From the UHGV virus genome UHGV-0091736: a stretch of 64,000 nt of DNA; one strand, given 5' to 3'. Within the stretch, counting starts at the first letter, position 1, and the number at the start of each line of letters is the position of its first letter. The notes below the pieces were generated by a model. That model had not been told where the DNA came from and made no database searches. It saw only the letters and a program-made list of their open reading frames with translations. Source of the stretch: a virus. Positions 56,767-64,000 of this stretch are shown here, in pieces. The position numbers and the translations under genes are program-made.

Positions 56767-57735
56767 ATGGGTGCTGGTGGCTTTCGTAAGAATACCGGAA
56801 GAAACAACACAACACAACCTTATAGTGTGGGTTTTCTAAACACCTCTGAGAGTGTAGAAACTAATAACGTTGCGATATATGATGAACTTCAGAATATTAG
56901 TACTGCAACTAATCAAATGTTCCAAGCTATAGATGAAATTCATGAGGAGATTGATGTTCGTATTAAAGCTCTTCATGCTATGAATTTACAATTCGACGAA
57001 CTAGAGAATCGTGTTACGACAGAGATTGAGACTGCCATTGCAGATATCATAACACAAATGGGTAATCTATCCACTGATGATATTTGGGATAACTCTGTTC
57101 AGCCTCCTGTTAAGTTAGATTCAACTATGTCTGGTATTAAGACTTCTATAGAAGGCAATACAGCATCTATTCAAACTGTCGAAGGCATTGTCAATGATCA
57201 AGGACAAGAGATTGCCCTTATTCAGTCTGATTTAACTAACGGGACAGGTAGTGCTTCTCAATATATGAAACTCACTGAATATGAAGCTACTTGGGGAGTA
57301 AATTCCACAGTAAATGGAAAGACAGCAGGGGTAAAACTGACAAATAATGGTTCTATAAGCCAATTCCAAGTCACAGCTGATAAGTTTGTGGTATCTGATG
57401 GCACATCAGGAAGTACTCCCTTCAAGGTTGAGAATGGAAGGGCTGTTATGGAGTTTGCTGATATTACTAATGTCAATATTACAACAGCTCAAATAGCAAC
57501 AGCTAGGATTGAATGGGCACAGATTGATAATGTCAGTATAACAAATGCACAAATCACAAGTCTCTCCGCTGATAAGATAACGGCTGGTTCTATGTCAGGA
57601 ACTAACTGGCGTCTTACAGTTGGTGGTGACTTTGTTTTAGGTGGTACAGGTGGGGCGCAGTTGTGGATGAATGGTAACAGAATAGACTTCTATGATGGAA
57701 GTGGTGCTCTGAGAATTAGAATAGGGAGTTGGTAA
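56767..57735 (+). CDS. virion structural protein (putative)
   Basis: 322 aa; SD AGGAGG. Confidence 0.5.
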   Translation: MGAGGFRKNTGRNNTTQPYSVGFLNTSESVETNNVAIYDELQNISTATNQMFQAIDEIHEEIDVRIKALHAMNLQFDELENRVTTEIETAIADIITQMGNLSTDDIWDNSVQPPVKLDSTMSGIKTSIEGNTASIQTVEGIVNDQGQEIALIQSDLTNGTGSASQYMKLTEYEATWGVNSTVNGKTAGVKLTNNGSISQFQVTADKFVVSDGTSGSTPFKVENGRAVMEFADITNVNITTAQIATARIEWAQIDNVSITNAQITSLSADKITAGSMSGTNWRLTVGGDFVLGGTGGAQLWMNGNRIDFYDGSGALRIRIGSW

Positions 57736-57736
57736 T

Positions 57737-58768
57737 ATGGCATATGGAATATGGTGTCAACCTGTAGGGCCGGGGCCAGCAACCCCCGCTCCCTTGTTTA
57801 TTGATAGCGGAAGTACTTTCCCTCAGTTCAAGAACAGCATAAGAGGAAGTTTTAACTTTAATGGGGCTGGAAGATCCTTCCCTATTAATGGGTGGGATGG
57901 TAGTGGTCAGATAGTTATTGTTCCTACCGGTTCTTTATGTTGGCAGTGGGAAGTCCCTCCTAACTTAGTTCCTGATGTTTATTGTGTGAATAACATCTAC
58001 GTAGAAAACAACTCCTCTTTTAGAGTTACTCTGAATCAGAACCCTGGCAGTAACCCATTATTCGACTGTGGGTTCAACGTATACCAAATATGGCCTAGAG
58101 CAGATAGGAATTATGGAATTACCTTTTCCAATACAGCAGACTACTTCTCAATATCTGATAGTGGGGTCGTCGGTCAATGTATTTGGGCTTGGCAGGGAAC
58201 TATAGGTAACTCCCTTCAAATACCAAATATTGGTGGTTTTAATATGGCTAATGCTGTTGTGTTTGCCAACTGGTCTGATGGAGGGATAGGACTATCTTAC
58301 ACATCCGATGACAGAATTATTCGCGTCTATCAGAATAGACCTTATGTCAATGGAAACACTAATGAAGGAGGGTCTGTCTTTGCGAGGGTTGCCGTATTCT
58401 GTAATGGAGCTGGTGTTCCTGAGCATAATGGAGGTTTGAATATTTACTCTCCGGGTACCACTCAATGCGTCTTCTCTACTAACAGAACACCTTTCACTGT
58501 GGATACTTTTATAGGCTCAGGAGGTGGTGACACTGGAATGTCATACCCTATGATACCTCTTACTTCTGGAATAGGTGCAATAAAAGGGCGAGGCAGTGGA
58601 TGGAGATATCAGCAAATGAGATCTCACACAATGAGTGGTTCTACGATAGGAACTGGCTATGGAAGGTATTTGTTTCAGTGGGATCAAAATTATGACCTAG
58701 GAGCTGATACTGTAGTTAATTTATCAGTTCCTGTAATAAATGCAGCTAAGGTTTTTGCTGGACTATAA
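57737..58768 (+). CDS. virion structural protein (putative)
   Basis: 343 aa; translationally coupled to upstream gene. Confidence 0.5.
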   Translation: MAYGIWCQPVGPGPATPAPLFIDSGSTFPQFKNSIRGSFNFNGAGRSFPINGWDGSGQIVIVPTGSLCWQWEVPPNLVPDVYCVNNIYVENNSSFRVTLNQNPGSNPLFDCGFNVYQIWPRADRNYGITFSNTADYFSISDSGVVGQCIWAWQGTIGNSLQIPNIGGFNMANAVVFANWSDGGIGLSYTSDDRIIRVYQNRPYVNGNTNEGGSVFARVAVFCNGAGVPEHNGGLNIYSPGTTQCVFSTNRTPFTVDTFIGSGGGDTGMSYPMIPLTSGIGAIKGRGSGWRYQQMRSHTMSGSTIGTGYGRYLFQWDQNYDLGADTVVNLSVPVINAAKVFAGL

Positions 58769-58780
58769 CAAGGAGATATT

Positions 58781-59563
58781 ATGGCAATTAAGATGGGTAT
58801 TGAAGAACTAGACCCAATGGTTCAACAGGCTTCAAAGAAGTATGGGATTCCTGCTGCTTTGATTCATGCTGTAATCCAAAGAGAGTCTAGTGGTCGTCCT
58901 ACAGTAGCCTCTGGAACTGGTCCTGTAGGTTTAATGCAAATCAGTAAAGGGTTGGCTAAAGACTATGGTTACAAATTAGAAGACAGACTTGACCCAGCAA
59001 AGAATATTGATATGGGTGCTCGTTATATTCGAGATAACTTAAAGGCTTTTAATGGTGATGTTAAGAAAGCAATGGTTGGTTACTCAGAAGGTATCGGCGG
59101 AGCTAAGCAAATGTTCGCTGGTAAAAAGGGATTTACACCTCAAGCCCTTGACTCAATGAACAACAAACACTTTCTCCCTTTCTATGGTGATGCAGCTTCT
59201 CAGATTGCTAACCCTGTTGGAGCTTTGCAAGCTGTTCAACCAGTCAATCAGTTTAGTCCTGACTTGTTAGATAGAGAGAAGGCCGCACAAGCTCCAACTC
59301 AGGCAGAGATTGCTGCTTCTAAGACCGGTGCTTTAGGTGGTAATCCAGTAGAGTTTTACTCTGATGAAGTACAGGAAGGTGAAAACCAGAAACCTCAACA
59401 GAACTTTGGTAATGCAGTATTAGGGGTAGCTGCTATGCTTGCTGGTAAACCTCCTACTTCTCAAACAGTTCAGAGGGCGAGTGCACCACATGCAGCAGGT
59501 TCTCAGTACAGTCTACAAACACAAGCAGTGCTCAGACGTTTGGCTAGCATTGGTGTAAAGTAA
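58781..59563 (+). CDS. lytic transglycosylase (SLT domain) internal virion protein
   Basis: 260 aa; ALIHAVIQRESSGRPTVASGTGPVGLMQIS. Confidence 0.75.
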   Translation: MAIKMGIEELDPMVQQASKKYGIPAALIHAVIQRESSGRPTVASGTGPVGLMQISKGLAKDYGYKLEDRLDPAKNIDMGARYIRDNLKAFNGDVKKAMVGYSEGIGGAKQMFAGKKGFTPQALDSMNNKHFLPFYGDAASQIANPVGALQAVQPVNQFSPDLLDREKAAQAPTQAEIAASKTGALGGNPVEFYSDEVQEGENQKPQQNFGNAVLGVAAMLAGKPPTSQTVQRASAPHAAGSQYSLQTQAVLRRLASIGVK

Positions 59564-59582
59564 TAATCTTTAAGGAGGACTT

Positions 59583-60635
59583 ATGTCTTTATTTGGAAAA
59601 TCAGCTTCTAGCAAAACCACAGTGGCCCCTTCCTCTCAGGTTGATGCCCTGCTGAAGCAGATTGTTGCTAATGCTCAGAATATGCAGAACAACGATCCGG
59701 GATTCATCTCCCAACAGCTGGCTGGGTTCAATGGCAACCAACAGGGTGCTCTGAATAACTTAGCGGCTTCTACAACTCAGAAGCAATTAGCTGATATGTA
59801 CACTCCTCGTACACAGCAAGGGTTGGACCAATTAAACTCTCTTGCACAACAGTATCAGAATATTGTCAATGGTGGTGGTCTAACTGCTGATGGTGTTAAT
59901 AACTTCAGTAAAGGATTGAATAGCTCAGCTCTTGCTCAAGCGACTAGTAAGGCAGCTTCCAATGTATCTCTCGGAAATGGTTCTGATTCAGGCTCTCTCC
60001 GTAGAGCTGCTGCTCAAGGTGCTGCTTTGAACAGTGCTAATACAAACTTAGCTCGTACTATCAGTGGCAAGAATATGGGAATCAGTGCTCTTCAACAAGA
60101 CCAAAACTTCCAGAGGGGCTTACTTGGTGCTCAGTCAGGGTTGGCTGGACAGAACCTCAACCTAGGTGCTCAAGGTGTTCAGGCAACTCAACAAGCTATC
60201 CAGAATCAACTCATGGCTGGTAATCTACAACAGCAACAAGCTCAAGCTCAAGCTGATATTAATTGGCAGAACGCTATTGGCTCTCAGCAGTATGGGTGGA
60301 ATCAGCTTAACAACCAACTTAATGTATTAAATAGTGTAAGCCCAATGGCTGGGTACACGATTAAGAATGCTGCTCCGGGGGTTAATACTGGACAACAGCT
60401 CCTAGGTGCTGGTATCACTGGATTAGGTATTGCAGGGCGTATGGGTGCTTTCTCTCCTAATCAACAGACTCAGAATGCTTGGAGTTCCTATAACAACTCA
60501 GGTGGGCAATCTGGAATGGCTGGACCTATGATTGGAGGTTCTAATCTTTCTCAACAGAGAGGTCAGTCTAACTGGTTATCCACAGCAGGTAGTAATATCT
60601 TAGGTGGTGTCTTAGGGGCATTTGGAGCAAACTAA
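59583..60635 (+). CDS. Q/N/G-rich internal virion protein, tandem paralog A
   Basis: 350 aa; MSLFGK start, QQ/NN-rich, C-terminal Gly-zipper-like hydrophobic tail. Confidence 0.5.
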   Translation: MSLFGKSASSKTTVAPSSQVDALLKQIVANAQNMQNNDPGFISQQLAGFNGNQQGALNNLAASTTQKQLADMYTPRTQQGLDQLNSLAQQYQNIVNGGGLTADGVNNFSKGLNSSALAQATSKAASNVSLGNGSDSGSLRRAAAQGAALNSANTNLARTISGKNMGISALQQDQNFQRGLLGAQSGLAGQNLNLGAQGVQATQQAIQNQLMAGNLQQQQAQAQADINWQNAIGSQQYGWNQLNNQLNVLNSVSPMAGYTIKNAAPGVNTGQQLLGAGITGLGIAGRMGAFSPNQQTQNAWSSYNNSGGQSGMAGPMIGGSNLSQQRGQSNWLSTAGSNILGGVLGAFGAN

Positions 60636-60647
60636 AGGAGAATATCT

Positions 60648-61616
60648 ATGTCACTTTTTGGTGGAGGCGGAAGTAAAACTACTTCCCAAATGATTCGCCC
60701 TGAATACATTCAACAGTATATTGACCAGCTTAACCAACAGATTGGTAATACTAGTTCAGGGGATTATGTTTATCGAGATAATGTAGGGTTTAATAACAAC
60801 CAGACAGAGGCACTTAACAACTTAGCACAATCTGGTGCTCTAGGAACTCTCTCACAGCAATACATGGATGCAGCAGGTCAAGGCTTGGGTTATCTAGATA
60901 ATGCCTATAAAGGCTATCAGAGCCTATCTGGACAAGGTGGGATTACTGGAGAACAGATTGGTGCTCTCGCTGGTCAACTGTATGATGATGACGCTGTGCA
61001 AGCAGCCATTACAGCTAATAATGAACAAGTTCAACAGAACTTGGCACGTAATGCTCTTCCTCAGTTGGCTCAGCAGTATGCTGGTCAGCAAGGTTCAGGT
61101 GCTCGTATGGCTAAGTCTTTTGCCCAAGGCGATGCTCTGAATCAGATGCAAGGTCAAGCAACAGATATTACCAACAGTGCCTATAACTCAGCTATTAGTC
61201 AAGCTGAAAGCATTCTCTCTGGTAATAGACAGAATCAGGCAGCTGCTCTTTCTGGTCTTTCTAATATTGGTTCTAACCTTTCTAACCTAGGTCAGCAGGG
61301 TGCTAATTTGTCTCAACAGCAAATAATGAATCAATGGAATGCAGGGTTGCAGCAACAACAGCAACAACAGAATGAATATGACAATGCCTACCAGAATGCT
61401 CAGAACGCAGCTAATTGGGGATGGCAAGATATCAATAACCAACTCGGTGCAGCAGGTGTGCTTAACGGCGCTCTCGGACAAACCACAACTACTAAAACAT
61501 CTGGTGGCAAAGGTGGTTTCCTTGGTGGAGCTATGAGTGGTGCAGCAGCTGGCTCCTCCTTTGGGCCTTGGGGTGCATTAGCTGGGGGTGTAATCGGTGG
61601 GTTGGCTAGTACTTAA
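60648..61616 (+). CDS. Q/N/G-rich internal virion protein, tandem paralog B
   Basis: 322 aa; MSLFGGGGSKTT start; C-terminal GFLGGAMSGAAAGSSFGPWGALAGGVIGGLAST. Confidence 0.5.
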   Translation: MSLFGGGGSKTTSQMIRPEYIQQYIDQLNQQIGNTSSGDYVYRDNVGFNNNQTEALNNLAQSGALGTLSQQYMDAAGQGLGYLDNAYKGYQSLSGQGGITGEQIGALAGQLYDDDAVQAAITANNEQVQQNLARNALPQLAQQYAGQQGSGARMAKSFAQGDALNQMQGQATDITNSAYNSAISQAESILSGNRQNQAAALSGLSNIGSNLSNLGQQGANLSQQQIMNQWNAGLQQQQQQQNEYDNAYQNAQNAANWGWQDINNQLGAAGVLNGALGQTTTTKTSGGKGGFLGGAMSGAAAGSSFGPWGALAGGVIGGLAST

Positions 61617-61629
61617 TTAGGAGATAAAT

Positions 61630-63285
61630 ATGCAACAGACAACTTACGCTCAGGTCAGAAGTCGTGACCCGAGAAATACTTTCTATGGTATTAATCCGGG
61701 AGCGGCTTCGGCCTCTCCTTATATGGCTAGACCTACTCAGACAGCGGATGTTTCTATGTACCAACGTCCTGCTGTACCTTCATCTCTTGCGGGTCTTGTC
61801 TCTCAGGCAGAAGAAGATCAGAATGCTATGGTTAATCCGGGATTCCAGCAACGTCTTATGGAACAGCAGAATCAAGGAACTCCTACAAGTCTTCAGGGTA
61901 TTGATATTGGAGCACCGGCCCCTGTAGTGGCTAACCCTAACCTATCCACTGATCAAGGTTTACAGGATGCTGGACTTATGCCTAGTGACCCTCTTCCGGT
62001 AACACCTCCTACTAAACCATTAGAAGCTGGCCCTATGGAGTTTACTCCTTCTCAAGTGGAACAGGCACAGGGTGTTATTAATACTCTTGCTCAAGGTCAG
62101 GATACTGGTGATGGAATGACTGCTGCTACTCGTGCTAAAGATCAGGAACGTGTTAACTCTGATATTGTGCAAGTTGCGAAAGCTAAAGACCCTTCAGAAG
62201 CTTGGAACAAACTACAGAAAGAACCATTCTATCAGAACTCTAGCTTCTATACAGGTTTGATGGGTGTAGGTCTTTCAATCATGTCAGGTAAGTCTCCTAT
62301 CGAAGCTTTCCAGATTGGTCAGGGAATGGCTAATCAAGATGAGACTAAGAAGCAATTGGAAGCTAACCGTGATGCTCTGATTGAACAAGGTTTCTCTCAA
62401 GACTCAATCGCAGCTGCTATTGCTAACGGAGACCCATCCCTGCTGAAGATGAAAGCTGTAGACCCTGCTCAGAAAGAGGCGTTGTATGCTGCTCGTGAAG
62501 AACGGCAGAATGCTGAATGGGATAGACGTCAACAGATTCAAGAGCAATCTATGCGTGAACGTGCCGAGGAGACTCGTCGTGCCGCTGAAAAGAGGACTGA
62601 CATGAACTTTGAACGTCAGAAAGAGTTGATTAGTTATCGTGATAAGGTTAAGGCTGAACGTGCTGAACAAGCTGCTCAGAGTTTTAACTTTAACCCGAAA
62701 GAAGTTCGTCTTGCTCAGAACACAGCTGAAGGTACGGTTGCTAAGCAGTGGGCAGAGAAAGGTGGTCTGTTTAATCAGTCCAACAAAGACTTGGATTTGG
62801 CTGACAAAGCAGTTAAAGAGAAAGACTATCAGACAGCTCGCTCTGCTTACATGCAGGCTATCATGAACTCCGCAAGGGCTGAAATCGGTGCTACTCGTTC
62901 TCTTACTGAAGAAGACTTGGGACATTTTGCAGAAGACCCATCAATCTTTGTTCGTGTTGGTAACAAGTTTGCGCTGAAGTCAGGATGGCGTCCTACTGAT
63001 GCTGCTCTTTCTTATGCTCGTAAGCAGGCTAACGTTGGTCACACCTCTGCAATGAAAGGTGTTTCTGATGCTAAGAAAGCTACTATCGAAGCGTACATCG
63101 GTTCTGGTATGGATAAGAAGAGAGCTACTGCATTGGTTAACCGTGCGATTCCTTCTGGTGGTTTCTATGATCCTCTAGGAGTTTTCTCTGAACAAGCGGA
63201 AGAATCCGTTGGTGGTGCAGCAACCAATCCTAAGCTTAATGGTGCTTTATCAGCTGTCGAAGATACTAGCTGGTTCGCCCAATAA
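61630..63285 (+). CDS. virion protein with long coiled-coil region
   Basis: 551 aa; SD AGGAGA. Confidence 0.5.
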   Translation: MQQTTYAQVRSRDPRNTFYGINPGAASASPYMARPTQTADVSMYQRPAVPSSLAGLVSQAEEDQNAMVNPGFQQRLMEQQNQGTPTSLQGIDIGAPAPVVANPNLSTDQGLQDAGLMPSDPLPVTPPTKPLEAGPMEFTPSQVEQAQGVINTLAQGQDTGDGMTAATRAKDQERVNSDIVQVAKAKDPSEAWNKLQKEPFYQNSSFYTGLMGVGLSIMSGKSPIEAFQIGQGMANQDETKKQLEANRDALIEQGFSQDSIAAAIANGDPSLLKMKAVDPAQKEALYAAREERQNAEWDRRQQIQEQSMRERAEETRRAAEKRTDMNFERQKELISYRDKVKAERAEQAAQSFNFNPKEVRLAQNTAEGTVAKQWAEKGGLFNQSNKDLDLADKAVKEKDYQTARSAYMQAIMNSARAEIGATRSLTEEDLGHFAEDPSIFVRVGNKFALKSGWRPTDAALSYARKQANVGHTSAMKGVSDAKKATIEAYIGSGMDKKRATALVNRAIPSGGFYDPLGVFSEQAEESVGGAATNPKLNGALSAVEDTSWFAQ

Positions 63286-63292
63286 GACCTAA

Positions 63293-63337
63293 GTCCTGCC
63301 TTCTATAATGTATATAGGGGGTAGGACATTTTTATTT
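63293..63337 (+). promoter_or_regulatory. hairpin enclosing TAATGTATA motif followed by T-run
   Basis: GTCCTGCC...GGTAGGAC stem with loop TTCTATAATGTATATAGGG (motif 63306-63314), then ATTTTTATTT. Confidence 0.4.
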
Positions 63338-63352
63338 ATAAAAGGAGACGTT

Positions 63353-64000
63353 ATGGCTAACATTAAACCGTGGGAAGAAGCTTCCAAAGCTCCTGCGTAT
63401 CTGAATGCCTCTCCGGAGCAACAAGCTCGAATGAGAGAACAATATAAGGCAGCAGGTGGCTCTATTCCTGAGGAACAGCCAGTAGCACAACCACAACAAG
63501 AAGAACGTGGTGCTATAGGTGAGTTTGCTCAAGGTGTGTCAAATGCTCTTCAATCTGGTGGTGCAAATATTGCAGCTAGTGCTGCTAAAGGTATTGGTGG
63601 TTTAGTTGAGATTGGTGAGAATCTAGCTGGAACACAAACTAGTTATGGTAAGCGTATCCAAGAGAACTCTCAGAACCTTCTGAAAGAACGTATGGAGAAG
63701 ATTGAGGACGGGATTGGTAAATCTGCTGGTCAGTACGCTGGAGTGGCTGCCGATATCGGTTTGACTGTTGCTAACCCATTAGCTGCCGCTGCTATCATCG
63801 CAGGTCGTGAGACAGGTCGTGCATATGCGGACCAAACCCCTGAAGATGGAGAAGATAAGTCTATCCTAGATGCAGCCTTAGTTGGTGGTGCTAACTATGC
63901 GGCTCAGAGAATCCTTCCGGGTGCTGTTGGTACAGCTGAGTCCGCACTTGGACGTATCGGTCAGAACGTTGCTAGTAACGCAGTGGCTGGTGCTAAAGGT
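63353..64000 (+). CDS. partial CDS (5' end of a large virion protein; continues past window)
   Basis: Open frame from ATG 63353 (SD AAGGAGA) to window end, 216 codons; Ala/Gly-rich; not in ORF track as no stop in window. Confidence 0.55.
   Translation, partial: MANIKPWEEASKAPAYLNASPEQQARMREQYKAAGGSIPEEQPVAQPQQEERGAIGEFAQGVSNALQSGGANIAASAAKGIGGLVEIGENLAGTQTSYGKRIQENSQNLLKERMEKIEDGIGKSAGQYAGVAADIGLTVANPLAAAAIIAGRETGRAYADQTPEDGEDKSILDAALVGGANYAAQRILPGAVGTAESALGRIGQNVASNAVAGAKG

Noticed and set aside
62404-62925. 173-aa minus-strand ORF antisense to the 61630-63285 gene
   Set aside because: Antisense shadow ORF; Leu/Ser/Phe-rich junk-like translation

Overview
Gene-dense 64-kb window from a lytic tailed dsDNA phage (podovirus-like, about 42% GC, enterobacterial-style Shine-Dalgarno sites). 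Two divergent arms meet at an AT-rich non-coding region (37207-38000). The minus-strand arm (37206 down to 1) reads: early membrane proteins; a 1.8-kb non-coding repeat region (33756-35600); many small early ORFs including a family of about nine small paralogs (25604-30487); a cluster of peptide-ligase-type enzymes (GGCT-like, ATP-grasp, class II glutamine amidotransferase, two COOH-NH2 ligase-like proteins, 14557-21766); then a T7-like replication and nucleotide-metabolism module (gp4-like primase-helicase, separately encoded gp5-like exonuclease and polymerase subunits, dCTP deaminase, CCA-enzyme-like nucleotidyltransferase, Dps-like ferritin, thioredoxin, ThyX, PhoH). The plus-strand arm (38001-64000) reads: small early ORFs and a gp0.7-like mini kinase; terminase; portal; scaffold; major capsid with an Ig-like extension in the -1 frame; tailspike; endolysin; tail fibre and Ig-domain proteins; lytic transglycosylase and Q/N-rich internal virion proteins. 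Selfish elements are abundant: HNH-carrying group I-type insertions split the DNA polymerase, primase-helicase and large terminase genes, there is a free-standing HNH gene, and an intein sits in the PhoH P-loop. Gene content and a recurring TAATGTATA motif upstream of late genes are reminiscent, from memory only, of phiEco32-like phages; this is tentative. The most interesting candidate system is the ligase/amidotransferase/GGCT cluster, followed by the small-paralog array and the phage-encoded Dps. All calls rest on reading the translated ORFs and DNA by eye; no searches were run.
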